Shown: positions 1-9,410, numbered from the stretch's first letter. The stretch is 64,000 bases of DNA from Minisyncoccota bacterium (GCA_041674105.1 JBAYWK010000001.1:167114-231113), one strand, 5' to 3'. Numbers and translations are program-made. Notes: generated by a model from the letters alone, not told the origin.

Positions 1-426
1 ACCCTTTCCTATTATTATATCCAGAGATCCTGATTCCATAGCAGGGTACAAAACTTCCTCAATTGTTTTATTTAGCCTATGTATTTCATCTATAAACAAT
101 ATATCTCCAGAAGAAAGGTTTGTTAGTATAGAAGCAAGATCACCAACTTTTTCTATAGCAGGACCAGATGTCACTTTCATTTGAGCCCCCATTTCTTTTG
201 CTATAAGATGTGCCAAAGTAGTCTTACCAAGTCCTGGTGGTCCGTAAAAGAGTATGTGCTCAGGAGGGTGATTTCTCTCTTTGGCTGCTGTCAGTAGTAT
301 GTGTAAGTTATTTTTTATTGGTTTTTGTCCTATATAATCGTCCCACCTAGAAGGACGCAGTGTTGTATCTAAAAATAATGCGTCTGATTCCTCTATGTTA
401 TTAGCCTTTTTTAGGTTACTTGACAT
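1..426 (-). CDS. ruvB: Holliday junction helicase RuvB, N-terminal part (gene continues past window start)
   Basis: Reverse-complement translation from the ATG at 424-426 reads [10 protein letters not shown]...[25 protein letters not shown]...[11 protein letters not shown]...[17 protein letters not shown]. Walker A and B motifs and the RuvB-specific motifs are present. It is absent from the ORF track because the window edge truncates it. Confidence 0.85.
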   Translation of the reverse strand, partial: MSSNLKKANNIEESDALFLDTTLRPSRWDDYIGQKPIKNNLHILLTAAKERNHPPEHILFYGPPGLGKTTLAHLIAKEMGAQMKVTSGPAIEKVGDLASILTNLSSGDILFIDEIHRLNKTIEEVLYPAMESGSLDIIIGKG

Positions 427-785
427 AAAAAGTTTTTTATGCTAGACTTCCAATGAAGTTGAAAAAAGTGAGTTTTGGTATTATCATAAAGCTCCAAAAT
501 ATAAATCTCTAAGCAACTAAGCTTTTAGCTTAAGAGTGTCTCTACGAGGACATTCTGGTTATTACTTTGTGTAATTAGCTGGAATTATCCTTTGTGAAAT
601 ACTTAGCTTTTGGTATTGAGTATTGAAAGTGTTGCTTAGAGATTTATGTTTTGGAACAAATCTCTCATATCATATGGTATGAGAGATTTTTGTTCTCTCA
701 TATGTATTATTATTCACAACAAATAATGTTTCGCAAGACTTTTTTACATTACAACCTTAAAAATTTTATATGGCAATATATATTT

Positions 786-2459
786 TTAGGATTCTAGATC
801 GACCACTCTTTTTAATTCACTAAGTGTTGTAGTGCCACTCAAAACTTTCAAAATACCATCTTGTTTTATACTTGGAATTCCTTGGTCTTCTGCTGCTTTT
901 CTTATCTCTCTCTCGCTAGGATTTTCTTTGACTGCTTGTTCTATTTTTTCATTCATTAAAATTGCTTCATAAATACCTATTCTTCCTTTGTATCCTGTAA
1001 AATTACATTTTTCACAACCATCACTTTCCCATTTTAAGTTTGCATCCAATCCTTCAAGGTAAGATCTGTCTTTGAAGGTACTCAAAATTGAATCAACAAT
1101 TTCTTTATCTTTCCCTTCTAAAAGGACTTGTTTTTTACAATCAGGACAAAGTTTTCTAATAAGTCTTTGGGCCATAGCCATATTTACAGCTGAAGAAATT
1201 ATTTTTGGGTTAACTCCGAGATCAATTAGTCTTGGAAAAGTTCCAGCGGCATTATTTGTGTGAAGAGTAGAAAAAACAAGGTGACCAGTCAAAGCAGAGT
1301 TTATGGCAATTTCAGCTGTTTCGGAGTCTCTAATTTCACCAACCATTATTACATCAGGGTCTTGTCTTAAGGCACTACGCAAACCTTCACTAAAACCATA
1401 ACCTTTTGAATCATCTGTTTGGGTTTGAACAATACCAGGCAAGTGGTACTCAATAGGATTTTCTATTGTAATTATTTTAACCTCTTTTGTATGAACTTTT
1501 TTTAGGAAAGCATAAAGAGTGGTAGTTTTTCCAGAACCGGTTGGTCCGGTATTTAAAATCATTCCATTTGGTTTGCTGATTTCTCTCATTATGAGAGTTA
1601 GTAATTTTGGGTGAATACCTAAGTTTTCTAATGTGACAGAGATTGAGTTTGGGTTTAGAACTCTCATTACTACAGACTCATTGTAAGCTCCGGGAATAGA
1701 AGAGACTCTGATTTCTATTTCTGCATCATTTATTTTTATACTAAATCTACCGTCCTGAGCGCCTTTTACATTTAATTTAAGATTTGAAATAAGTTTTATA
1801 CGAGACAAAAGAAGTCTAAAGGTATTTAGATCAAATTCTACAATGTCAGTTAGTATTCCATCTAGTCTGTACCTTAGTCTGACATAGTTTTCCTCTGGTT
1901 CTAGGTGGATATCTGAAGCTTTTATGGATATGGCTCCAGCTAAAATTATTTCAAGTATACGAGAAATCCTGTAGCTTTTTTTCATATGCAAAATTTCACC
2001 AATCAAGTTTTGAACATCAGCAATACTCTGAACTTTTGAAAGGAATTCAGTTATTTGTTCATTGGAAATGTCTAAAGCACCTGACTTCGTCTCAAAAGAA
2101 TAAGATAGGTCTTTGTATCTATCCCAAACTTTATTTAGACTTGTACGAGAAACCATATATATCTCAAGAGAGTAACCTTTTTCTTTTAGGTTGTTTAGAA
2201 TCTCTACTGTTTTTGTGTTATTGGGAGACAATACTCCAATACTTACAATTTTGTTTACTTCATTAAAGACCGCCAGTTGTCCTTCGCGAGCTTCTATTTC
2301 TGAAATGATACGAAGAGAGTCAATGTTTACAGGAGTGACGGTGAGATCTAGGTAGGATACTCCGTATTTACTAGACAAGATTTGAGCTAGATCCTCCTCC
2401 TCTTTTTTACGAAGATCTTCAAGTCTTCTGTTTTGTTTGTCTTCATCAAAAATAACCAT
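786..2459 (-). CDS. pilB: type II/IV secretion system ATPase, PilB/GspE family (type IV pilus assembly ATPase)
   Basis: Walker A GPTGSGKTTT. C-terminal tetracysteine CPDC...CEKC. Overall GspE/PilB architecture; 557 aa. Confidence 0.85.
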   Translation of the reverse strand: MVIFDEDKQNRRLEDLRKKEEEDLAQILSSKYGVSYLDLTVTPVNIDSLRIISEIEAREGQLAVFNEVNKIVSIGVLSPNNTKTVEILNNLKEKGYSLEIYMVSRTSLNKVWDRYKDLSYSFETKSGALDISNEQITEFLSKVQSIADVQNLIGEILHMKKSYRISRILEIILAGAISIKASDIHLEPEENYVRLRYRLDGILTDIVEFDLNTFRLLLSRIKLISNLKLNVKGAQDGRFSIKINDAEIEIRVSSIPGAYNESVVMRVLNPNSISVTLENLGIHPKLLTLIMREISKPNGMILNTGPTGSGKTTTLYAFLKKVHTKEVKIITIENPIEYHLPGIVQTQTDDSKGYGFSEGLRSALRQDPDVIMVGEIRDSETAEIAINSALTGHLVFSTLHTNNAAGTFPRLIDLGVNPKIISSAVNMAMAQRLIRKLCPDCKKQVLLEGKDKEIVDSILSTFKDRSYLEGLDANLKWESDGCEKCNFTGYKGRIGIYEAILMNEKIEQAVKENPSEREIRKAAEDQGIPSIKQDGILKVLSGTTTLSELKRVVDLES

Positions 2460-2541
2460 AAAAATATTGTAACATATGAAACTGATTAATAACTGTGAAA
2501 AAATGGGGGATTTCCAACAAAAACCTTTGCTATTTTACCTA

Positions 2542-2571
2542 TTGACAAAATGACACCAAGTATGATATAAT
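2542..2571 (+). promoter_or_regulatory. consensus sigma70-type promoter TTGACA-N18-TATAAT upstream of the GC-rich secreted-protein gene
   Basis: TTGACA at 2542-2547 and TATAAT at 2566-2571. SD AGGAGGTG at 2578-2585, then ATG at 2590. Confidence 0.5.
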
Positions 2572-2589
2572 ATGGGTAGGAGGTGCAAG

Positions 2590-3375
2590 ATGCGCCAAGT
2601 TAATAGTTTTTTGATTTTGGTGCTCTTTTTGAGCACCACCATGATTTTTACAGTTTCGGCTCAGGAGAGCCGGGTTGGGGGCTGGAAGACTGTTCCAGCC
2701 AAGGCCGAGCCGTCTGAGCCGGCGGCAGAAGGTGCCGGGGAAACTCCTCAAGAGGGAGAAAAGTCAGAGGCTAAAAATGCTTCTGAGGCTGGAGTCTCCC
2801 CAGATCCTCTTTCCGAGCTGAAGGCTCATATCTCTGCCAGAGCTGAAGCTTTGGCAGAATTAGAAAAAAGAGAAAAAAATATCGATGAGCTTGAAAAATC
2901 TCTCACTCCTCTTGAGAGGAAAGCCTTCAGACAACTCAAAGAGGAAGCAGAAGCGAGGCGAAAAAGAGAGCTCAGAGACATGAGAGCTCGGATTGAGTCA
3001 AACCTTTCTGGGTGTGAAAAACCAGAAGAGGTCTGGGTCAATGATGACTTCGTTGCGGTTAGGACTTGGCGTGTAAACGCCAAGATTCTGATTCGCAACA
3101 CTAGTGGGGTTACCATTGATGAAATCGTCATCGGTGGGATACCAGCGGTCAAAAATCTGTGCCCCGGTGGGGCGCTTACCCTGACCAGGAAGCTCAATAC
3201 CTGGCAGGATGGTAATTCGCCGAGAATAATCTTCTCGGCCCAAGGAACTTTGGAGGATGGCACCGTCGCCACCTCCGAGAAACGGGTTTATCTTAGTGTT
3301 TGGCAGGCAGAGCAAGAGTTGTCCAAACAGGAGACTTGGGACATCTGTCTGCGCGGGAGCAGATGTCGTAACTAG
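2590..3375 (+). CDS. secreted hypothetical protein (signal peptide, E/A/P-rich linker, coiled coil, C-terminal beta-rich domain); gene is strikingly GC-rich relative to its flanks
   Basis: N-terminus MRQVNSFLILVLFLSTTMIFTVSAQE is a signal peptide. A coiled-coil segment AELEKREKNIDELEKSL...RKRELRDMRARIE follows. GC is visibly around 55% against AT-rich neighbours. Strong SD. Start moved from the track's 2572 to 2590. Confidence 0.6.
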   Translation: MRQVNSFLILVLFLSTTMIFTVSAQESRVGGWKTVPAKAEPSEPAAEGAGETPQEGEKSEAKNASEAGVSPDPLSELKAHISARAEALAELEKREKNIDELEKSLTPLERKAFRQLKEEAEARRKRELRDMRARIESNLSGCEKPEEVWVNDDFVAVRTWRVNAKILIRNTSGVTIDEIVIGGIPAVKNLCPGGALTLTRKLNTWQDGNSPRIIFSAQGTLEDGTVATSEKRVYLSVWQAEQELSKQETWDICLRGSRCRN

Positions 3376-3402
3376 TTTTTTTGTTCGCCCTCGCAAGGCA
3401 AG

Positions 3403-3436
3403 CCCCGATGCATTTTAGCATCGGGGCATTTTTTTG
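3403..3436 (+). terminator. rho-independent terminator (CCCCGATGC-loop-GCATCGGGG + T7)
   Basis: Perfect 9-bp stem followed by TTTTTTT. Confidence 0.6.
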
Positions 3437-3443
3437 TGTTAAA

Positions 3444-3887
3444 ATGCTTTTTATGAAATATAAAACAGGAAGCCTTGATGAAACTCAAAGTGTTGCATTG
3501 GATTTTATTTCTAAAATAAAAAAAACAGAAAATGATGCCACAGTTGTTGGTTTATATGGAGATCTTGGGGCAGGTAAAACTTCTTTTACTCAAGGTTTGG
3601 CCAAGTATTTAGGTATAAAAGAAAATGTTGTTAGCCCTACTTTTGTTATAGAAAAAATATATCATTTGGAAAATAATATTTTTAAACACCTTATACACAT
3701 AGATGCTTATAGAATAGAAAAGTCACAGGAGCTTTTAAGTTTAGGTTTTAAAAAAATAATATCTGACCCCGAAAATCTAATAGTCATTGAGTGGCCTGAA
3801 AGGATTTCTGACATAATGCCAGAACATATTCGTATAGATTTGAGACATATTTCTGAAAATAATAGAGAAATAGAAATCTCAAAATAG
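3444..3887 (+). CDS. tsaE: tRNA t6A37 threonylcarbamoyladenosine biosynthesis ATPase TsaE (YjeE)
   Basis: P-loop GDLGAGKTSFTQG. Downstream SPTF and HIDAYR motifs typical of TsaE. Start trimmed to the in-frame ATG at 3444. Confidence 0.7.
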   Translation: MLFMKYKTGSLDETQSVALDFISKIKKTENDATVVGLYGDLGAGKTSFTQGLAKYLGIKENVVSPTFVIEKIYHLENNIFKHLIHIDAYRIEKSQELLSLGFKKIISDPENLIVIEWPERISDIMPEHIRIDLRHISENNREIEISK

Positions 3888-3943
3888 GTGTTATAATGTA
3901 TATGTTTCCTGTAATTTTCTTAAAAATAGAGAAATTCCTTTTT

Positions 3944-6292
3944 ATGTCAAAAGAAAAAAATAAAAAAGTAGCCTTACTTGATGTTCACGCTATACTTCAC
4001 CGAGCTTATCACGCTTTACCTGACTTTGTTTCTAGTAAAGGTGAGCCAACAGGAGCTTTGTATGGTCTTTGCACATTTCTCATTAAGCTCATAAAAGATG
4101 TAAACCCAGATTATATTTTGGCTTGTTTTGATTTACCTGAACTTACAGAAAGACACGAGCTCTACAAAGAATACAAAGCTGGGAGAAAGAAAACTGACGA
4201 CGAGTTAATATTTCAACTTGAAAAATCCAAAGATGTTTTTACTGCTTTCAGTATCCCAATGTTTTCTTCCAAAGGTTTTGAAGCAGATGATATGCTTGGA
4301 ACAATTGTTGAACAATTGAAAGATAAAAATTACGACATAATAATTGCTTCTGGAGACATGGACACTATGCAACTTGTTTCTGGAAAAAAAGTTCAGGTTT
4401 ATACTTTGAAAAAAGGAATCAAAGATACAATTTTATACGATGAAGATGCTGTTTTTGAAAGATTTAGTTTTGACCCAAAATTTTTACCAGATTTCAAGGG
4501 TCTTAGAGGGGATCCATCGGACAATATAATCGGTATTGCTGGGATAGGAGAGAAAATAGCCACAGAACTTATTGTAAAATTTGGAAGTTTGGAAGATATC
4601 TATAAAAAATTAAAAAAGGACGAAGATAGTTTATTGAAAGCTGGTATCAAGAAAAGGGTGATTGAGCTTTTAAAAGATAACGAAGAGGAGGCTATGTTTT
4701 CTAAAATGCTAGCCACAATAAGGAGAGACGCTCCAATACATGTTTCTTTAAAAGAAAATGTTTGGAAAGAAGATGTTTCTATGAGCAAAGTTCATGATTT
4801 ATTTAGAGATTTAGAGTTTAGGACGCTGGGGGCAAAGTTTGCTGATTCTTTATCTATTCCTGTGGCTCAAAACACCGGTAAAGAAGAAAAACCAGAAGAT
4901 ATATACGAGGCAAGTCTTCTTTTGTGGGTAGTAGATTCAACTAAATCCAGTCCTAGTTTAGATGAAATTTTGTCTTTTACACACAGTCATACTTTGGGTG
5001 AAGCAAAAAAGGTTTTAGAAAAAATGATAAAAGACCAAAAACTTAGTTTTATTTTAGATGAGATAGAAAAACCTCTGATACCTATAATTAAAAAAATGAA
5101 AGAGGTTGGTATAAAAATAGACACAAAAAGACTAAAAGAATTGTCCAAAGAATATCATAAAAAATTAAACTCATTAGAAAAAGATATATGGAAAATAGCC
5201 GGAGAAGAATTTAATATAAATTCACCAAAACAGCTTGGAGAAATTTTGTTTGTTAAACTTGGCTTGAAAATAAAAAATCAAAAAAAGACTGCTGGAGGAG
5301 GTTTTTCTACTAAAGAATCTGAGCTGGAAAAATTAAAAAATGAATACAAAATCGCAAAATATATTTTGGAGTACAGAGAGTTGGCTAAGCTTTTAGGTAC
5401 TTATATAGACACTATTCCAACCCAAACAGATGAAAAAGACAGGCTTCATGCTGACTTTTTGCAAATGGGAGCTAGCACAGGGAGAATGGCTTCAGCAAAT
5501 CCAAATCTACAAAATATTCCAAATAAAACAGATCTTGGTAGGGAAATAAGAAAATCTTTTATAACAGAAAAAGGGTGGAAGCTTGTTTCTTTTGATTATT
5601 CTCAAATAGAGTTGCGTATTGCAGCTTTTCTTTCTGGTGATAAGAAACTAATAGAGATTTTTAATAATAAAGAAGATATCCATACTTCTGTAGCCAGTGA
5701 AGTTTTTGGTGTACCAAAAAATGAAGTAACAAAAGAAATGAGAGGGCACGCTAAAGTTATAAACTTTGGTGTTATGTATGGTATGGGTGTTTTAGCTTTG
5801 AAACAAAACCTCGGGACTTCTAAGGAGGAAGCTCAAGAATTTTTAGATGGTTATTTCAATAAATTTTCTGGCCTAGCAGAGTATTTGGAAAATGTTAAAA
5901 GAGAAACGGCTCAAAAAGGTTTTACTGAAACTTTCTTTGGTAGAAGAAGATATTTTCCAGACATTAGGTCCAAGCTTCCTTTTATGAGAGCTTCGGCCGA
6001 GAGAATGGCCATAAATGCTCCTATACAGGGCACAGAGGCTGATATTATAAAACTAGCTATGGTTAAGATAGAAGAGTTTTTAAAGACAAAAGGGCTGAGG
6101 GATGATGTTAAATTATTGCTTCAAGTCCATGATGAGCTTGTTTATGAAATAAAAGAAAACATAGTAGATTCTGTGGCTTTTGAAATAAAATCTATAATGG
6201 AAAGTGTTTTAGATTCTAAAAAAACAAGCGGGGTTATTTGTGTGGCCAACGCCTCTTTCGGAGATAATTGGGTAGAGATGAAAGAAATATGA
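3944..6292 (+). CDS. polA: DNA polymerase I (5'-3' exonuclease plus polymerase domains; 3'-5' exo region reduced)
   Basis: FEN-like N-terminus with GDPSDNIIGIAGIGEKIA. Pol A motifs DYSQIELRIAAFLSGD, RGHAKVINFGVMYGMG and QVHDELVYE. Start set to MSKEKNKK at 3944. Confidence 0.85.
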   Translation: MSKEKNKKVALLDVHAILHRAYHALPDFVSSKGEPTGALYGLCTFLIKLIKDVNPDYILACFDLPELTERHELYKEYKAGRKKTDDELIFQLEKSKDVFTAFSIPMFSSKGFEADDMLGTIVEQLKDKNYDIIIASGDMDTMQLVSGKKVQVYTLKKGIKDTILYDEDAVFERFSFDPKFLPDFKGLRGDPSDNIIGIAGIGEKIATELIVKFGSLEDIYKKLKKDEDSLLKAGIKKRVIELLKDNEEEAMFSKMLATIRRDAPIHVSLKENVWKEDVSMSKVHDLFRDLEFRTLGAKFADSLSIPVAQNTGKEEKPEDIYEASLLLWVVDSTKSSPSLDEILSFTHSHTLGEAKKVLEKMIKDQKLSFILDEIEKPLIPIIKKMKEVGIKIDTKRLKELSKEYHKKLNSLEKDIWKIAGEEFNINSPKQLGEILFVKLGLKIKNQKKTAGGGFSTKESELEKLKNEYKIAKYILEYRELAKLLGTYIDTIPTQTDEKDRLHADFLQMGASTGRMASANPNLQNIPNKTDLGREIRKSFITEKGWKLVSFDYSQIELRIAAFLSGDKKLIEIFNNKEDIHTSVASEVFGVPKNEVTKEMRGHAKVINFGVMYGMGVLALKQNLGTSKEEAQEFLDGYFNKFSGLAEYLENVKRETAQKGFTETFFGRRRYFPDIRSKLPFMRASAERMAINAPIQGTEADIIKLAMVKIEEFLKTKGLRDDVKLLLQVHDELVYEIKENIVDSVAFEIKSIMESVLDSKKTSGVICVANASFGDNWVEMKEI

Positions 6293-7011
6293 TTTATTTT
6301 TTGTATGGAACAGACATTTATACATCCAGAAAAAAAATGCACAGCATATTGGATGTCTTGTGTAAAAAAAGACCCGATTCGGAAATATTTAAAATAAATT
6401 CTGAAAGTTTTAATGAGGAAAGGTTTGATGAGCTTATATATTCACAGGGACTTTTTGATTCTAAATATATTGTTGTTCTGGATAATTTGTTGGAAGAAAA
6501 GAGCATTAAAGAATTTTTGGCAGAGAGATTTGTTGAAATGAAAGATTCTTTAAATGTTTTCGTTTGGCTAGAGAGCAAAGTAGACGCAAAAATTTTAAAA
6601 GAAATAGAAAAAAATTCTGAAAAGACACAGGAATTTACTAAAAGAGAAGACGGATTTGGGAAAAAGAAAGAGTTACCGGTTTTTGATATCACAGATGGTC
6701 TTTTGGAAAAAAATAAAAAAAGATTTTGGGTTTCTTATATAGATCTCATTTCAAAAGGAGCAGGTCCAGAAGAACTTCATGGTATTATTTTTTGGCAGGT
6801 AAAAAATATGGTCTTGGCTTCAAAAGCTGATAGTCAAAAAGATTCTGGTTTGGCACCATATCCTTATAAAAATGCACTGACTGGAAGTAGAAAATACAAA
6901 GAAAATGAGCTTGTTTCTATGATGTCGGATTTGGTTTCTATGACTCATAAAGTGAGGACAGGAGAAGGTGATTTGGATATTATGTTGGAAAAATGGATTT
7001 TGAGGCTATAA
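6289..7011 (+). CDS. holA: DNA polymerase III delta subunit (HolA-like)
   Basis: N-terminus MIYFLYGTDIY typical of HolA. The ATGA overlap with the polA stop is the usual polA-holA coupling. Confidence 0.55.
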   Translation: MIYFLYGTDIYTSRKKMHSILDVLCKKRPDSEIFKINSESFNEERFDELIYSQGLFDSKYIVVLDNLLEEKSIKEFLAERFVEMKDSLNVFVWLESKVDAKILKEIEKNSEKTQEFTKREDGFGKKKELPVFDITDGLLEKNKKRFWVSYIDLISKGAGPEELHGIIFWQVKNMVLASKADSQKDSGLAPYPYKNALTGSRKYKENELVSMMSDLVSMTHKVRTGEGDLDIMLEKWILRL

Positions 7012-7021
7012 AAAAGAGGCC

Positions 7022-7165
7022 CTAAATGGCCTCCTTCGGAACGAAATATTTAGTTAGTCTCTTATTGAGAATTGCCAAGTTAAATAATGTTAGATTTATG
7101 ATTATCATAAACCCCACCACAACGGTGAGGGCAATCATCACCAGAACGAACTTTACACTTTTCAT
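7022..7165 (-). CDS. small hydrophobic single-TM peptide (47 aa) MKSVKFVLVMIALTVVVGFMIIINLTLFNLAILNKRLTKYFVPKEAI
   Basis: Perfect SD AAGGAG 5 nt upstream of the ATG. Minus-strand terminator hairpin GAGGCC/GGCCTC + T6 lies at the stop. Not in the ORF track because it is under 60 aa. Confidence 0.4.
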   Translation of the reverse strand: MKSVKFVLVMIALTVVVGFMIIINLTLFNLAILNKRLTKYFVPKEAI

Positions 7166-7232
7166 CAGATCTCCTTTTTCTCCTGCTATTAAATCATATT
7201 TTTAATTAAAAGTAAAGCCAAGGTTAAAAATA

Positions 7233-7267
7233 ATAAAAAAAGCGGGTGGGACAAATGTGTCCCACCC
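7233..7267 (-). terminator. strong hairpin GGGTGGGACA-aatg-TGTCCCACCC followed, on the minus strand, by a T-run; lies in the leader upstream of the small peptide gene
   Basis: 10-bp perfect stem. The A9 run on the plus strand gives a T9 run on the minus strand. Confidence 0.45.
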
Positions 7268-7402
7268 ACCGTACAGCAACCATCCTTGCAATGAGCTACT
7301 GCAGGAATCATCCAATGCTTCATTTTTGTTCCCCTTTCCAAAATCAATATTAACTGAATAAAATTATATGTCAAATCTGATATATTGAGCTATAATATAT
7401 CT

Positions 7403-8527
7403 ATGTTTGAAAAGCCGGATAATTCAAGAAGGTCATTTGCTGGTCCTGAAGGTGAGGAAGATCTAAGAAAATTCTCTTCTCCTAGACCTAAAGAAGAAGT
7501 ACAGGATAATCGGACAGAATACAATGAGCTTTTTGCTGAAGTTCAAAAAAATCTGATAAGTGAGAAAAATTTTAAGCTATTTCTCAGGGCAGTTACAGAA
7601 AAAGAGACTATCGGTTCAAACGATTCTTTGTCTTTTTTACATAATCGTATTGTAGGAGAATGTGTTAATCTTTCTGAACACGATACTGAGCTTATTTTAG
7701 ATCAGTTTAATCGTTCTGTTCAAAAGTGGTTTGTTGATGAATACAGTCACGGCAGGCAAGTTGATCAAAGAGTTCGTGGTAGTATTACTTTGGGTAAATA
7801 TACTCATGGAGAAAAAAACATAGATATTAGAGGGGTTCAAAGTGTTATTTCTTTCCTAAGGGCAAGAGCTTTGCTTTTATCTAGTCAGCCTGCTCAGAAA
7901 CATTCTTTTTATTGGAATGATAAACTAGATGGTAGATACAGTATTGATGTTATAGAGGAAATAGATGGGGAGGACGGCCCAGCCATAAGTCTTGTTCAAA
8001 TAAAATCATCTAAACCGTCTGAAGAAGAAATAGAGCGTATACATGCAAACCACGCAAGATGGGCAAAGAAAGAGTGGCTTAATATTGAGGATTATGATAA
8101 TTCGTATATAGAAGAGGCTACCAAAGAGAAGCTTTTGGATTTTTTAATGGACAAACAAAAGGTAGAAGAAGCTCTTTTAGAGTTTTTGACTAGTCCGTCA
8201 GAACAAGGTTTAGATGATCTTACCTCTTTTCTCAATATGTCTGGTTTGGTTGATAGACAGAGGGCGTGGGTTCTATGGAAATATATAGATCTGATAAAAG
8301 ATTCTTTAGAAGAAGCTGTTTCTCTTGGAGATTTAGATAAAGAAACAAGAGATGAGGTATGGTTCTATTTAAACACTTTGAGAGAAAATCTTATTAATAA
8401 ATTTCATCTACCTAAATCCCAAACAGTAGTTAAAAATATAAAATCTATTGTATGTGTTGGCGCGAGGTCAGTTTCTGAGAGGGAAATAGAGACAGGGGCA
8501 AAGGGCAAAGTTTTAAATAGTAAATAA
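7403..8527 (+). CDS. hypothetical cytoplasmic protein (375 aa from the MFEKPDNS start), no recognisable domain
   Basis: Long ORF. A TATAAT box at 7391-7396 sits 6 nt before the ATG at 7403, suggesting a leaderless start. The track's start at 7385 is a TTG codon. Confidence 0.55.
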   Translation: MFEKPDNSRRSFAGPEGEEDLRKFSSPRPKEEVQDNRTEYNELFAEVQKNLISEKNFKLFLRAVTEKETIGSNDSLSFLHNRIVGECVNLSEHDTELILDQFNRSVQKWFVDEYSHGRQVDQRVRGSITLGKYTHGEKNIDIRGVQSVISFLRARALLLSSQPAQKHSFYWNDKLDGRYSIDVIEEIDGEDGPAISLVQIKSSKPSEEEIERIHANHARWAKKEWLNIEDYDNSYIEEATKEKLLDFLMDKQKVEEALLEFLTSPSEQGLDDLTSFLNMSGLVDRQRAWVLWKYIDLIKDSLEEAVSLGDLDKETRDEVWFYLNTLRENLINKFHLPKSQTVVKNIKSIVCVGARSVSEREIETGAKGKVLNSK

Positions 8528-8691
8528 TCTTGATATTTGACAAATAATTAATAATATTATATTATATAAAAGGAATGAATAAAAAAATTAAAGTTAAGGA
8601 TCGGACCATACCTGTCGATCCAAAAAAAATAGCTGAGGAGATGAGGAGAAAAGCCAAAGAGCTTGTCTCTAAACTTCCAGGAAAAAACAAA

Positions 8692-8812
8692 CGTCCGGCA
8701 TAGTCAAAATGACTGTGCTGGACGTTTCAAGAATCGCTCCGTCGTTCGATTCCTGCTCGCAAAGCAGTGCTTTGCTCGGGCACACAAAAATCCGCTTACG
8801 CGGATATTTTTG
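8692..8812 (-). repeat. tRNA-Lys 3' trailer: two terminator-like hairpins, an inverted copy of the tRNA's own T-arm (cgttcgattcctgc at 8743-8756) and an 8/9 direct copy of its 3' end (8692-8700)
   Basis: 13 of 14 nt match gcaggaatcgaac of the tRNA-Lys gene, in inverted orientation. The hairpin CCGCGTAAGCGG + T-run follows immediately after the tRNA. Confidence 0.4.
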
Positions 8813-8885
8813 TGCGCCCGGCAGGAATCGAACCTGCGACCATCTCCTTAAAAGGGAGCTGCTCTACCGACTGAGCTACGGGCGC
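8813..8885 (-). tRNA. tRNA-Lys(TTT)
   Basis: Cloverleaf checked by hand. Acceptor GCGCCCG/CGGGCGC, T-arm GCAGG-TTCGATT-CCTGC, anticodon loop CTTTTAA. 73 nt, no encoded CCA. Confidence 0.85.
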
Positions 8886-9035
8886 ATATGCTTGAGTAAT
8901 CAAACGATAAAAACAGTTGAAGCGGGGTCGTGGAAATTTTCGAGCGACAGCTGGAAAACTATCCCTGACCAAAATTACTACAAAATATTAACTCTTAGAA
9001 ATATACCAAATAAACTTAAAAAGTCCAACAACTTT

Positions 9036-9380
9036 TTAAAGAGGTAAGTCAAAAGCTAAAAATCCTGGACCTGTAAAAACAAGAGAAAGGAGAATTATTA
9101 TAACCACTATATGCATACCCATATCTGGTTTTTTGTCTGAATATTTTCTATCTAAATAGTAGTTTAACTTTGCCAGAGCAATTCCAAGGAGAGCAAATAT
9201 TTGTGTAAAAAGTCCGATAAATATAAAAAAACTAAATACTATATACAAAATAGAAAGCCATTTTAATGACTTGTTGTATCTTTTTATACCGTATTTTAAT
9301 CCTATAAGAGCAACGGTTATTCTAAGCAAAAAAGGCGAAATCAATCCAAATGATAATAAGAAAGGAAAAAGTGAAAGCAT
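9036..9380 (-). CDS. hypothetical polytopic membrane protein
   Basis: 114 aa, three to four hydrophobic helices. Confidence 0.45.
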   Translation of the reverse strand: MLSLFPFLLSFGLISPFLLRITVALIGLKYGIKRYNKSLKWLSILYIVFSFFIFIGLFTQIFALLGIALAKLNYYLDRKYSDKKPDMGMHIVVIIILLSLVFTGPGFLAFDLPL

Positions 9381-9410
9381 AGACTCTATTTTAGAAGTTT
9401 TTTTCTATAT

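Noticed and set aside
427-785. Possible plus-strand small RNA ending at the hairpin CTCTCATA-tcatatgg-TATGAGAG plus T-run (662-695)
   Set aside because: No recognisable Rfam-like motifs (SRP, 6S, tmRNA) were found by eye, and there is no upstream plus-strand gene. It could simply be a bidirectional stop signal for pilB. Too weak to call.
2572-2589. Track start codon at 2572 for the GC-rich secreted protein
   Set aside because: The ATG at 2572 sits inside the SD/-10 region. The ATG at 2590 has proper SD spacing and begins a canonical signal peptide.
8589-8703. 42-aa plus-strand ORF MNKKIKVKDRTIPVDPKKIAEEMRRKAKELVSKLPGKNKRPA
   Set aside because: The SD directly abuts the ATG with a 0-nt spacer. 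The ORF overlaps the compound terminator hairpin of the tRNA-Lys trailer. It cannot be supported without conservation data.
8663-9047. ORF-track CDSs 8663..8851 and 8709..9047 on the plus strand
   Set aside because: They overlap tRNA-Lys (8813-8885, minus) and its hairpin-rich trailer. They show no SD or coding features, so they are spurious.
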